Origin: Cyanidioschyzon merolae
Lineage: Eukaryota
Assembly (NCBI GenBank): GCA_000091205.1
Contig: AP006484.2
Length of the DNA: 64,000 nucleotides
Strand: one strand, 5' to 3'
The notes under the pieces were generated by a model, which was given only the letters and a program-made list of their open reading frames with translations, was not told the DNA's origin and searched no databases. Below are positions 31,650 through 42,399 of the stretch, piece after piece (position 1 is the stretch's first letter; each line of letters begins with the position of its first letter). The translations under genes and the position numbers were made by a program.

Positions 31650-32200
31650 CTACTCGGTCTATATGAGTGGCGGGTCATAGACGGGGCTAGGAAGAGACAG
31701 CGCTCTTCTAGACATGCTCAAAAAACAGAATATTGTCCAACGATCATCGAAAGTCTAGAAGTATCGAATGACAGGCGCTTTCGAGCCTTTTCTGACCCGC
31801 TCCCTGCCATCAGCTCCAGTTCCTCCTTGTGCACTTCGACCCCGAGTAGCTGCCCCACAAATTTAGATCGCCTTAGCTCCACTGGTCGTGTCTCCAGCAC
31901 CGCATATCGTCTGATGTTGACAGCGGCTTTAGAGTGTCAGTTCACAAACCCCGTGCATTTCTTGCCGCTCGTTGAACGCACCTCTACTCCACCTCCTCCT
32001 TCGTTTTCGTCACTTGCTTTCCTTCGCTCGATGGTCAGCGAGAAGAGGATTTTTCCGTTTTTCGTCTGGCACCCGATGATGACGGGCCTCGAGGACCCCC
32101 GAATTCCATCTCTATGCCTTCCCCTGCGACCCTTTAATTTCTTCAAAATGAACGCACTTCATACACACCTTCTATAAATCACGACAAAGCATTTGATAGC
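31650..32200 (-). mobile_element. Truncated copy (3'-terminal ~450 bp) of the DNA-transposon family seen at 42.4–43.85 kb and 57.65–59.0 kb
   Basis: Block-wise DNA similarity to 42480–42860, e.g. gtctccagcaccgcatatcgtctgatgttgacagcgg versus gtctcgtgttcagcatcaaactttgtctgatattgatggcgg. Also ...gatggtcagcgagaagaggatttttccgtttttcg versus gattgtcagcgagaagaggactttttcagtttttg. The shared peptide motifs in ORF 31638..32177 are spurious. Boundaries are approximate. Confidence 0.6.
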
Positions 32201-32212
32201 ACGCATCCGCAG

Positions 32213-33118
32213 GTGAAACACTGTTCAGGTAAACGACTAGAAAACAGATACACCAGTGAAACACGGTTCAGGTAAACGACTAGAAAGCAGATACACCAGT
32301 GAAACACTGTTCAGGTAAAGGACTAGAAAACAGATACACCAGTGAAACACGGTTCAGGTAAACGACTAGAAAACGGATACACCAGTGAAACACTGTTCAG
32401 GTAAACGACTAGAAAACGGATACACCAGTGAAACACTGTTCAGGTAAACGGCTAGAAAACGGATACCCCAGTGAAACACGGTTCAGGTAAACGACTAGAA
32501 AACGGATACCCCAGTGAAACACGGTTCAGGTAAACGACTAGAAAACAGATACACCAGTGAAACACGGTTCAGGTAAACGACTAGAAAACGGATACACCAA
32601 TGAAACACGGTTCAGGTAAAGGACTAGAAAACAGATACCCCAGTGAAACACTGTTCAGGTAAACGACTAGAAAACAGATACCCCAGTGAAACACGGTTCA
32701 GGTAAACGGCTAGAAAACGAATACCCCAGTGAAACACGGTTCAGGTAAACGACTAGAAAACGGATACACCAGTGAAACACGGTTCAGGTAAACGGCTAGA
32801 AAACGGATACACCAGTGAAACACGGTTCAGGTAAACGACTAGAAAACGGATACACCAGTGAAACACGGTTCAGGTAAACGGCTAGAAAACGGATACCCCA
32901 GTGAAACACGGTTCAGGTAAACGACTAGAAAACGGATACACCAGTGAAACACGGTTCAGGTAAATGACTAGAAAACGAATACACCAGTGAAACACGGTTC
33001 AGGTAAACGACTAGAAAACGGATACCCCAGTGAAACACGGTTCAGGTAAACGGCTAGAAAACGGATACGCACCAGTGAAACACTGTTCAGGTAAACGGCT
33101 AGAAAACGGATACACGAG
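32213..33118. repeat. 43-bp minisatellite, about 21 tandem units (consensus gtgaaacacggttcaggtaaacgactagaaaacagatacacca)
   Basis: Near-identical head-to-tail units with a few recurrent variant positions (acgg/actg, cacca/cccca, acagat/acggat/acgaat, cgact/cggct). There are no unique spacers, so it is not CRISPR-like. Confidence 0.95.
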
Positions 33119-33250
33119 TACACCGTACGTCAAGCCACGAGTGAGCGCTGTGCACCATGCGCGCCATGGCGCATCGGCTGCGACGCTGGAGCCTATACGA
33201 CTATCATACGGTTTCGAGGCCGTTGTATTCACTGCCTAGCGCAGCTGCGT

Positions 33251-36200
33251 TTGGCAGCTGTCTTTTCATCCGTTATGTATTTATTAGGTGCTAATGACGA
33301 AAGCGAGAAAGTAGACTGCCCCGAAGACGGCAATCAGGCGGCGGCTTTTGTAGGGGTGAACAGCTCGCACTCCCTGGGGAAACAGCGCAAAGCGCGTTGG
33401 CGCTCGTACCGAGCGGTGCGGCGACGCTGGGAGCGTTCCGCAGCACGCGGCTGGGCTCTGCTACTGACCAGCAGTAACCAGAGCATCCAGCGGAACCCCG
33501 AACTGCAGACGGAAGTGAGCTCAGGAGCGCACGAGGTGGAGCTGGGTGGTAGTGCTGGTGCCGGTGTCGACAGTACCGGAACCAGACAGCCTGGCGTCGA
33601 GGAGGTGGCAAAGGCGACTGATGCGGCGAAAAGGGCGGCTGCTTGCAAGAATGATCGCATCGGAGCAGGCCTGGTCGAAGATATTGTTTCTGTGGAAGAT
33701 TCCGAGGCCACCAATGACGCTATCACTCATGCAGGTACCGTAAGCGACAAACGGGTCGTTTCTCGCGATACCGGAACGTGCGCTGGTGTCAGTGCCCTGC
33801 CGCCTCTGCCGCGACTCTCCTCGAAGAATCGTCAACAGCGGTTGCAGTTTGCCCGCCGTTCGATCCTGGTGTCCCGGTCATGGCGACAATGGGAGCCACC
33901 GAACATCGCGCCTGTGGCTAGCGTGGACTCGCTGACGCAACAGCAGATGCCGAGAAGGCCCCAGAGGACATTCATGATGCGTTTGCCTGCACCGCCGCCA
34001 GGCTCGGGGCTGCTACGTTTTCTGCCTGGGTCGAAGCGTGCCGCATATCGACGAGCTGGACATCGTCTGTTTCAGGTCTTCCGCCGTATGCAGCACACGG
34101 CGCCCGCGGAGGAACCCATCTTGCCTTCGAAGGTATCAGACCTAGCGGGTGATCTTGGCCCTGATCCAGAGCATATGAGAGCCAGCATGGGCGACTTTGG
34201 CGTGCAACAGACGTCCACTGAGACGAACGAGAGCACACGAGCATCAGCAACACCAGCATCGCAGACGAAACGCAATACATGGAATCGAACGCAAGGCTCG
34301 CATGCACCCACTCTCCGAGGCCTGAGCCTCCTACCAGCACTCTTTCGTGACGGTAGAGATGGCACTTGCTCTAGTGAGCGTCCGGTTGTGCAGCGAGCGT
34401 TTCACGATCCCCTCCGAGTCACTCGCTTGCGCGCCCGTCGACTGCGTAGACCGTTGCTGCTTGCGTTGCGGGCATCGCTGCTCTCGGTTCAGATCATTTT
34501 TCGGTCGATGATCATGAACTTTCCTGGCATGGCAAGATGGTTGCGGGCACGTCAAGCCGCCCACGTGAACGCTATGATTCGAAAACACGCAGCGATCGCT
34601 TTCCCGATGCTCGAAGAGGTTGAATGCACACAACTGGAGGATGACGGGAGCAGCATCCATTCCGATAACGAATCGGGAGCATGCACGCCTGCGGAGCAAA
34701 TCTGCATCGATGAGGACGGTGTCGCAGAATTCCTGTGTGCAGATGGCCATGTAGACGCATGCCTAGGAAACATTGCCGGTATGGCGAAGAACAACAACCC
34801 CGATACATCTCTGGCATCGCGTGTGCCGTGGCATTCGGATCTTGGTGATCCAGCGCCTCGCCTTACCGGTCCTGGAAAGGCGCAGGTATCGAAACACACA
34901 CAAAGTGAATCCCTCACACAGGTGCTCGATGCAGCAAGCGTGGGCTCTACGGGGAGCGCAAATGCCGCTGCCGCCGCGTCTTGTACGCATCATCCACCCG
35001 CAAGGGCGACATCCTCCCGCGGGACATCACAGGCCCGGTCGAGACGCTTGCTCGAAACAGATTCGCACTCGGCCGACGACGACGACGAGAACGACGAGAA
35101 CGTGAAACTTTTCCATGCCCGACCGTCTGCGTCCCTGCCACACGAAGAGGATGACAAAGATTCCCGAGATCGTTCGAGCTGTAGGGTCAGCACCTTGGAA
35201 CGGCCTCAACCGAAACGAGGCTCGCGACCAAACAAACGCGCGACAGCTGGTGCCTTCAAAAGGACGTTCAACGCAGGATCGTCTTTAAGCGAGACCTCGA
35301 ATGATCATTTTCGGGTCCTGGAGATAGGCGGTGTTTGGACGGAGGTTCTCGTGATCCACTCGAATGCGGCACAAGCGACGCGCGCATCCCCACAGGCCGA
35401 GCGCTTGCCTTCGCTCGGTTGCAAGTCGCTGTCGGTGAGCTCCATGGGATCCTCAATAGACCTGGACGACTGGAAGACGCCCTCGGGGAACGACATGATC
35501 CTCGATGATGGTACGGTATCACCGGGAAACAACCGCATTTCCGTGAACAACGGTGAACCTGCAGCCGCTTTGCATCGGGGATGCAGTGTCTCCCTGGGAA
35601 CAGGCGTGCACCTGGACTCGACAAGCTCGGATGCGCCGACGATGAATGGAATGCGTCGCATCCGCAGCAGCAGCAGCAGCACGCTGCCCTACACACGTAC
35701 GTTCATTCGATCCCAGCAGCACGGTGCGGTAGCGGTATCGCGTTCACAGCCGTCCGCGCAACAAGCACCCAGCGACTCGCAGCGGCATCTCGATACGAGT
35801 AGGAATCCAGTCCAACCGGGGCGTCGTCGCCGGTGTCAGGTTGTGTTCCTACCGGGTAATCCGGGCTGTATCGAGTTGTACGAGTCCTTTCTCCTGCAGT
35901 GCGCAGCGATGCTGGCTCAGGCAGGCAACCCGTCCGTTGAATTCGTCATCCATGGTGTTGGACTCGCCGGGCACGACCTTAGAGGCCTGAATCGCCCCGG
36001 ACGCTTCTTCGACCTGTCCGAACAGACCCGCCACAAACTCGCCTACATTCGGGAACACGTCGGTTGGTCATTCGCCGAGGATTCGAACTACATCAATGAC
36101 GACATCGACATCGACGATAACGAGGACCTCGTCTTGATTGGCCACAGCACCGGTGCACATATCATCTGCCGGATGCTGGAAGCGAGTCCAGCGCTAGCGG

Positions 36201-36769
36201 AACGAGCGCATGTGATTCTACTTACCCCAGCGATCGCTGAGGTTGCCGACGGTATCCGCACCGCTTTCCGTCAACGAGCGTTTATATTTCAGCGCGGAGC
36301 TCGACACATTACGGCGGGTTTGGCGAGCATGATCCTCCGCGTCGCGCCCGAGCGTATGGTCAGTGATCTCATTGATGAGTTTCTGGCACATCGGGCGACA
36401 CCTCAGGTTGCTCGCCGTATTCGGGACCTCTTCCGACTCGCCGCCGACAAGTACCATCTTTTCCTGAACGTTCTCGCGCTTGCTGCTGACAAGTGTCTTC
36501 ACATTGGCGACATGAATATCGCGCTGCTACGCCGTTTCGCGCGCCGACTCGTCATGTACTATGTGCCGGATGACCCGTTTGCAACTTCTGATCAGTGCGC
36601 CCGAGTTCGCCGACAAGTCCCCGAGGCACATGTCGAGTATGAGAGCGGTCAGATTTACCACGGCTTTATCTTGAGCGAGCAGCAAACCGAATACGTGGCC
36701 CGCAAAGTCGTTCACTGGGTGCTGGAGGCAGTGCGTCGGCCGCCGTCTACATCCGGTGCCGGTGGTTGA
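33251..36769 (+). CDS. LDAH-like (lipid-droplet-associated hydrolase, DUF2305) alpha/beta-hydrolase with ~800-aa disordered N-terminal extension
   Basis: The C-terminal ~330 aa contain QVVFLPGNPGCIELYESFLLQCAAML…, the LDAH N-terminal signature, and the nucleophile elbow LIGHSTGAHI (GHSxG). The first ~800 aa are Ser/Ala/Arg/Asp-rich and low-complexity, with a DDDDENDEN acidic tract and no recognisable domain. Confidence 0.6.
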   Translation: MAAVFSSVMYLLGANDESEKVDCPEDGNQAAAFVGVNSSHSLGKQRKARWRSYRAVRRRWERSAARGWALLLTSSNQSIQRNPELQTEVSSGAHEVELGGSAGAGVDSTGTRQPGVEEVAKATDAAKRAAACKNDRIGAGLVEDIVSVEDSEATNDAITHAGTVSDKRVVSRDTGTCAGVSALPPLPRLSSKNRQQRLQFARRSILVSRSWRQWEPPNIAPVASVDSLTQQQMPRRPQRTFMMRLPAPPPGSGLLRFLPGSKRAAYRRAGHRLFQVFRRMQHTAPAEEPILPSKVSDLAGDLGPDPEHMRASMGDFGVQQTSTETNESTRASATPASQTKRNTWNRTQGSHAPTLRGLSLLPALFRDGRDGTCSSERPVVQRAFHDPLRVTRLRARRLRRPLLLALRASLLSVQIIFRSMIMNFPGMARWLRARQAAHVNAMIRKHAAIAFPMLEEVECTQLEDDGSSIHSDNESGACTPAEQICIDEDGVAEFLCADGHVDACLGNIAGMAKNNNPDTSLASRVPWHSDLGDPAPRLTGPGKAQVSKHTQSESLTQVLDAASVGSTGSANAAAAASCTHHPPARATSSRGTSQARSRRLLETDSHSADDDDENDENVKLFHARPSASLPHEEDDKDSRDRSSCRVSTLERPQPKRGSRPNKRATAGAFKRTFNAGSSLSETSNDHFRVLEIGGVWTEVLVIHSNAAQATRASPQAERLPSLGCKSLSVSSMGSSIDLDDWKTPSGNDMILDDGTVSPGNNRISVNNGEPAAALHRGCSVSLGTGVHLDSTSSDAPTMNGMRRIRSSSSSTLPYTRTFIRSQQHGAVAVSRSQPSAQQAPSDSQRHLDTSRNPVQPGRRRRCQVVFLPGNPGCIELYESFLLQCAAMLAQAGNPSVEFVIHGVGLAGHDLRGLNRPGRFFDLSEQTRHKLAYIREHVGWSFAEDSNYINDDIDIDDNEDLVLIGHSTGAHIICRMLEASPALAERAHVILLTPAIAEVADGIRTAFRQRAFIFQRGARHITAGLASMILRVAPERMVSDLIDEFLAHRATPQVARRIRDLFRLAADKYHLFLNVLALAADKCLHIGDMNIALLRRFARRLVMYYVPDDPFATSDQCARVRRQVPEAHVEYESGQIYHGFILSEQQTEYVARKVVHWVLEAVRRPPSTSGAGG

Positions 36770-38865
36770 GGTGCCCGGCCCTGTTCAATCAACGATCGTA
36801 GCGTGGATCGAAACTGTGCCTGCAAGCCAGGCTCGATCAGTGCATCGATTAGGGCGATGAGTTCCCATAGCTCAGCAGCCGCGCGAGGACTTGCGAGGTC
36901 AAACGCATCTCCGAGGTAACGCGTGATCCAGTCGACGAAAGCGTTGACGGCGCGCGTCCAGGCCGCGCTCTCGGTGGTCGACGCCGCCTGTTGTTGTTGT
37001 TGTTGTTGTTGCTGTTGCTGCTGAAGGAGTTTGAATGCCTGCGTAAATAGCATCCGCAACAAGTGCGTGCCCTTCTCACTCGAGAGCGCCACCTGGGTCA
37101 GGACGCGTGAGCGCGCATGACCAGTGCGAAAGGCGTCCAGGAGTACGGCAAGCTCGTGCAACGACGTATACTGCAGAATGCCGTCGGTGATGATGCCCCA
37201 GAATGCTTCAGTTACGTGCTGATTTGCAGGATTTTCCAGTTCAGTACTGCAGTAAGCGGCGAGACGCCCCAGAAAGAGCTGATAGACGCGCTGGCGATCT
37301 GTGGCACGCAGTAATTGCCACACTTGCGTGAGTAACCGCTTGCCTTTGGGAATCGCGCAAATACTGTAGAAGAGCTGAGCAGTTGGCGCACCAGACGATG
37401 CGACTGCACCCATCGCAGACGACCCGTGCTCGTAGAGGCCCAGCAGCTTGCACAGCGTCTCCTGATAGGCGGTCTGCTGCGCAGCAGACAAGGACGCGAA
37501 GAGCGCTGGCGTCACTAGGCTGGATCCGGTCTCCAGCGCCATCCCGTGAAGCACATCGTACGCTTGCTCGATGCGACCACGTGCTTTGATGCGCGGGTCT
37601 TCGTGGAACGAGCCGCTGGGGTTTGCTTCACCATTCGCCTGCTCGGTTGCTTGCCATGTCGCTGAATCGGGGTCGAGTTCCAGGGATAGCACCTGACGGG
37701 GCGCTTGTGGCGTCCACTTTGGTGGAGCACCCAGCGCTGACGCCAACGCTGCTGCATTGGGCGGATGCCTCCGGGGCCCGCGGACACCTCCAGCATTGCC
37801 CGTGATGCTGGTGGAGGTGCTATGCGACGGTGGCATGCCTGCCATCGAAGGCGTCCGTTCAGCTTGTGCCTGGTTTGCCTTCCACAGTACCTTCGAGCGT
37901 TCGTGGACGTTATGCTGCTGACTTGCAGCAGCGTGTCGCCGAGCCGCCAGCTCAGTGGCATAGAAGGCCTCGGCCCGTACGGCGTCTTCGGACTCGGTCA
38001 GGTGCAGGGAGCGTTGCTGCAGGTAGCGAACTTTCTCAATCTCGTGCGGCTTCATGGCCTGGAGGTGACTCGATGACTCGCGCGGGTGCTGCACCTCCGC
38101 AGGTGCAACATGAATACCGGTCTCTGTCGCTGACCAACACGGAAAAGCGCTCTCATATGTGGAAGGATCTCGCGATCTCGCGTGCTGCTCTGCTCGTGGA
38201 ACGCTGCCAGCCATATGAGGCGTCGTTGAAGCGGTACCTGACCGCAAGCCCGCTGACAAAGAAGAATTCCAGGGTGTCTTCAAGGCGCCGGTGCCCGGCG
38301 TCTCTGCTGTCGCCTGTGTAGGTGGTGCTGTTGGCGTCCGCGCCATTGTCGCAGACGTCGTGACTCCCTGAAAGCTGCGCTCCAGCTCAGTGACCGACAA
38401 GACGCCCGGGACGTGCCGCACGACCGGCTCGGTGTGTGCGTGAAATTGCGCCGGCGGAGCCTCGAATCCGGGGGCAGGCCCCTGCGGTGCACTGTAGCTC
38501 GCGGAGAAGAAGCCACCGCTGCTAGAGCTGTTCCCGCCGCTGCCCGTGCTGGGCACTAGCGGCCGACCAGCGAGCAGCGCCTCTTCCAAGGCACGTGACT
38601 CGAGCACCCTCTCCGTGTGAGGCTGGGCGATGGACCACCCGGCTTGGTCGTCAGCATCGATGACGGGGTGCGTCTCAGCGCATGTCCTCAGCGGCGCTGC
38701 ACCAGGCTCCATGCGGGTGCTTTGCGGCTTTGGGTAACGCGCTGGTCTAGCGTCGACCGCTTGCGGGGCACGGTCTCGAACCTCGGGCACAAAATGGCCG
38801 GAACGCTTCACCACCATTCCATGTGGACGTAGCCTAGCGCCAAAAGCTATCGCTTGTCGGTACAC
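36712..38865 (-). CDS. Low-complexity hypothetical protein with polyQ tract; possibly PAT1-like (mRNA decay) C-terminal helical domain
   Basis: This is a 717-aa ORF. The C-terminal 250 aa are helical and contain ...ICAIPKGKRLLTQVWQLLRATDRQRVYQLFLGRL..., reminiscent of the Pat1 C-terminal domain (IPKGKR...). The middle is Pro/Ser/Ala-rich. A Q12 tract is encoded at 36989..37023. The 3' end overlaps the convergent LDAH-like gene by 58 bp. The functional call is weak. Confidence 0.4.
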   Translation of the reverse strand: MYRQAIAFGARLRPHGMVVKRSGHFVPEVRDRAPQAVDARPARYPKPQSTRMEPGAAPLRTCAETHPVIDADDQAGWSIAQPHTERVLESRALEEALLAGRPLVPSTGSGGNSSSSGGFFSASYSAPQGPAPGFEAPPAQFHAHTEPVVRHVPGVLSVTELERSFQGVTTSATMARTPTAPPTQATAETPGTGALKTPWNSSLSAGLRSGTASTTPHMAGSVPRAEQHARSRDPSTYESAFPCWSATETGIHVAPAEVQHPRESSSHLQAMKPHEIEKVRYLQQRSLHLTESEDAVRAEAFYATELAARRHAAASQQHNVHERSKVLWKANQAQAERTPSMAGMPPSHSTSTSITGNAGGVRGPRRHPPNAAALASALGAPPKWTPQAPRQVLSLELDPDSATWQATEQANGEANPSGSFHEDPRIKARGRIEQAYDVLHGMALETGSSLVTPALFASLSAAQQTAYQETLCKLLGLYEHGSSAMGAVASSGAPTAQLFYSICAIPKGKRLLTQVWQLLRATDRQRVYQLFLGRLAAYCSTELENPANQHVTEAFWGIITDGILQYTSLHELAVLLDAFRTGHARSRVLTQVALSSEKGTHLLRMLFTQAFKLLQQQQQQQQQQQQAASTTESAAWTRAVNAFVDWITRYLGDAFDLASPRAAAELWELIALIDALIEPGLQAQFRSTLRSLIEQGRAPQPPAPDVDGGRRTASSTQ

Positions 38866-39059
38866 GAGGGTGTACGCAAGTACGTGTTCACCCGTCGCCG
38901 CAGTGCTCCTACCGTGCGTTCCGCACCAAGCGGGCGTTTCGAAGCACCCGCGTTCGCAGCATGAAAACGTGGTGCGCGATCAGCGGCTTCGCCGCCGCCT
39001 TCGATGCTGGATAAAGATGTATTTTTAGGTAGAAAGTGACACTCGCTCCGTTCGTGCGT

Positions 39060-39445
39060 GTTTGCTGCAGCCATCTTTGCGTTTGTGTCGATCGCGTCGA
39101 TCGATCGTATGCGTACATACACCGACGTGCAGAGGCTTCCCGGCCTTGTTCGACCGGCCATCTGTTATCGTTTTCAGCTTCTCGTTGTACATTTCGACCC
39201 GGAGAGGCTGCCTCACCAAGTTCGATCGCGTCAGTTCCTCGGGTCTCGTCTCCAGTACCGCACATCTCCTCGTATTGATGGCAGCGTTCATGCCAAGGTT
39301 CATGAACTCTCTGTGTTCATTGCCACTGGTTGAACACAACCATGGAAGGATTCCTCGAGCACGTACCCTCTGCGCCGTTCGCTGCTCTGTCAGCTCTCCG
39401 TGCTGTTCTACCTCCGAAGCGCTCCGCTGGCTTTTTTCCATCTCG
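39060..39445 (-). mobile_element. Truncated copy (3'-terminal region) of the same transposon family
   Basis: DNA similarity to 31700–32050 and 42480–42700, e.g. gtacatttcgacccggagaggctgcctcaccaagttcgatcgcg versus gtgcacttcgaccccgagtagctgccccacaaatttagatcgcc. Also gtctccagtaccgcacatctcctcgtattgatggcagcgttcat. Boundaries are approximate. Confidence 0.55.
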
Positions 39446-39708
39446 ACGCTCTGAAGCGTATACCCTAGCTTATAGAGTATGGTTCAGGTACGGAACTGAC
39501 CTATCGGTGCTGTGACAAAACGATGTGCACGCTCTTTGTACGCTCGTGTCGACGGAGCGAGTATGCTCCCTTTTATGGACGCCCAGCTCGCTGCTCCGTA
39601 TGCTACTACGGGTCTCTGACTCTCGTCCTCCCTCAGGGCGCTCAAGTGATTGAAAAAGTTGGCAAGTGCACGTTACTTCCCTCGGTACAAGTTCACACGC
39701 CAATGAGC

Positions 39709-41352
39709 TCACCGGAACCTGTTGTTCTCTTGCCAAAACGCCTCCCATTGCGCAACCTGAACTTCCACGAACTCCTGAAAAGCTTTAAGGTCCGCTCCAA
39801 GGTTTGTCGCCCCGCTCATCGCTTCGAGGTGATTCTTACCTCCTGTATTCCGCATCTCACATTTTTTCCTTGCATTCATTCGTTCCGACCCTCGATAGTA
39901 GCGCGCGTTCGAGGACTTTCGAAGACGCATGTCGCTCTGGTGTAAGTTGCCGTCGTTACCATCTTGCCCGCGCTTAGGCACAGCGACGATCATGGTATCC
40001 GTGTTCCCAGGGCGTTCCGTGCCGATGACAAAGTCGTTCCCGTGCACGTTGTGCGCCGCAGGGCCCGCCTCCTTTTCATCTTCATGCTTCGCCGAGGGCG
40101 ACAACGACGACCGAACAGGGTGATCCACATTCGAGCGCCGATAGTGTACACCTATGGATACCCCATCGCTTTCGATCTTCCCCGTGAATACCTTCTTCTT
40201 ACTCGTTTTGCGACGTTTGAAATCGAAGATATCCCTCCAATAGGTGTCGCGGTCTTCGCCCGTGAACTCCTCCCTGCTTACATCGAACTCGGGACAGATC
40301 TCCTTCATAATGCCGAAAAGGACGCCAGAATCGATTGTGATAAAGTGTGACTTGTCCTCGCATATCGGAACGACATTGAAGCGCTGCTCCAGAAGCGAAG
40401 CCCTGCGTTCCACTGAATCTTCATTTTCCTCCACGTCCAGCTCCATATCGGCCATGCGTTCGAGCTCTCGATTCAGAAACACGAAAGAACGCAGGATGAA
40501 GGGACAACATCTCTCTTCACCTTTTTTCATCTCTGATACCTTTTCTGTTGGGTTGACCAGCCCCAGTACCGCACGGTGCTCTTGAATTGCCGCACGAATC
40601 ACAGAATCCACATTCGTGCTCGTCCATGATGTCTTCTCGTCGACGAACTCGATCTCCTGGTCATCCCGAGGATCGTTCGTGATGCCATCGATGATGGCCC
40701 ATATTCCTTTGCGAGACAGGCCCGGGCACAGCGCGAAGACGGAGCGTTTCATGAAGCGTTTGAGGTTCATGATCATGTGGTTCTTCAGGTTCGTGACGTA
40801 CTTCATCGCTCCGTAGGTGTCAATCTCTCGGTGGCCCCTGTATCGAGCACCGCTGAAGCGGTATTCGGGGTGGTTCTCATGGAAGGTTCTCACTCGCTCA
40901 TTGCTCGTCGACATTTCCCCTGCGCCAACCATTAGTTGGCGAATGAAAGACACGTGGAAAAATTCTTTCGGAACCTCGACCGTTTTGATGTCGGTAACGT
41001 CGGAGAACAAATCGTTCACGAATTTCGTCAGTCCTAAAGAAGCGTTAAGAATACTACTGGAGTACGACTCGACAGGTTTTCTGATGGACTCTCGCAACTT
41101 TCTCTTGTAGGGTTCCTTGATAGGGCTTCCGAGAAAGGCTTTCACTACGACCTCGTTCTTGTGTCGTCTTTCGAGTTGCATTTGTCGTGAGGCCTCCTGC
41201 TTCTGATACGTCTTCTTCTTCTGTTCATCTGGAGTTGGCACTGGTTTCCGTTGCTTTGTCAAATCCGGCGGCAGGGGGCCTCCAGGATCCTCGAATTTCG
41301 TGTTCATTATTTTTATTTTTGAAAACGAACGCGGTTCGAAAGCGTCTACCAT
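39709..41352 (-). CDS. Hypothetical basic 547-aa protein with no recognised domain, lying in an AT-richer island between transposon-family copies
   Basis: The ORF is uninterrupted, but it is Lys/Glu/Arg-rich and clearly lower in GC than the neighbouring genes. I recognise no catalytic or structural motif. Confidence 0.4.
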   Translation of the reverse strand: MVDAFEPRSFSKIKIMNTKFEDPGGPLPPDLTKQRKPVPTPDEQKKKTYQKQEASRQMQLERRHKNEVVVKAFLGSPIKEPYKRKLRESIRKPVESYSSSILNASLGLTKFVNDLFSDVTDIKTVEVPKEFFHVSFIRQLMVGAGEMSTSNERVRTFHENHPEYRFSGARYRGHREIDTYGAMKYVTNLKNHMIMNLKRFMKRSVFALCPGLSRKGIWAIIDGITNDPRDDQEIEFVDEKTSWTSTNVDSVIRAAIQEHRAVLGLVNPTEKVSEMKKGEERCCPFILRSFVFLNRELERMADMELDVEENEDSVERRASLLEQRFNVVPICEDKSHFITIDSGVLFGIMKEICPEFDVSREEFTGEDRDTYWRDIFDFKRRKTSKKKVFTGKIESDGVSIGVHYRRSNVDHPVRSSLSPSAKHEDEKEAGPAAHNVHGNDFVIGTERPGNTDTMIVAVPKRGQDGNDGNLHQSDMRLRKSSNARYYRGSERMNARKKCEMRNTGGKNHLEAMSGATNLGADLKAFQEFVEVQVAQWEAFWQENNRFR

Positions 41353-42399
41353 TAATCACGAAAAACACTTGACTAGACTTGTTTGATGTTCCAAAACTAA
41401 TGAACTGAAAGACTGTACTTGGTTACGACCTCAACGGAAACCCAACTTTTTTCCGGTAGAACAACACGCTACTGATCAAGATCGCGTTTTCCTTCAACGG
41501 AGGCATATGCGTCGTGTCTCATGTCGGCCTGATCTCCCAGATGCGCTCATTTAGCGCAATGCGTGTACCGCGCAAGACGCCTCACCGATCGATGAAGGAC
41601 ACGTGTCCGACGCCCCGCATTGGCACATGCGTGTTTGCATCGCACTGCAGCTGAAATCGGGTGCCGTAGATCGGAAACTCCCGTAGAATGCACTCCTGCT
41701 ATAGGCTATGTCGCTGGTGCCGACGCAAATGCCCATCGCAGTACCGCCCTGACATACATGGAGATGCAAGGGCCTAGCACGATACCCCGCGATGCTTCTA
41801 TCAAAAGCGTATCCATCGCAGTATCCTACGCTCGTGCGGGTGCGGTGTGCATCACTCTACTCAATAGGAATTTCGTCAGTTTTATTGATCGTAAGCAAAC
41901 AAGGCACGGTCTCGTTCCCGAACTCGTATATATGTTTACTCCCTATGCTTGTTATGCACACTGCACGGACGCTGGAACGAGGAACTGACCTGAATTTTGC
42001 TTCTATCCGGCGTCATGGCCTGGTACTGATGACCGTTCAAGTCATTTCCATTCTGCCGTCGTTGTCTAACTTATGGTGCCTGCTTCATCCTCCGGGTCCG
42101 GTGATCTTGGCAGAGGCATCGCACACAAGTAGCGCCCATATCTATCAGTGCGTTTGACCAACGCATCTAGTCTGGCATGATCGAGGCATATGACAAAGAG
42201 CGCATGCTGCATCCTGTTGCACCCTATCGGTTTACTTGCAAGAGCGTACCCTGTATGTAGTGGTGAAATCGCCAAACCGGGAACTTTTTCTGGACCCCTG
42301 CCGAGCCCTATGCTCCCGAATATTCGATGGCTACTTTCTGATTTCGCATTCCCAGTAGTAATACAGTAGAACATACGGATTTCTTTCTTTCTGTACGAA

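Noticed and set aside
31638-32177. 179-aa plus-strand ORF as a protein-coding gene. The same applies to ORFs 39058..39454, 42421..42666 and 58598..58918, which share peptide motifs.
   Set aside because: The shared 'protein' motifs are a by-product of these ORFs lying on copies of the transposon terminal region. Frames are not conserved between copies, so there is DNA-level but not protein-level conservation.
32213-33118. CRISPR-like array.
   Set aside because: The units are contiguous and near-identical over their full 43 bp, with no unique spacers. The context is eukaryotic nuclear DNA. This is a minisatellite.
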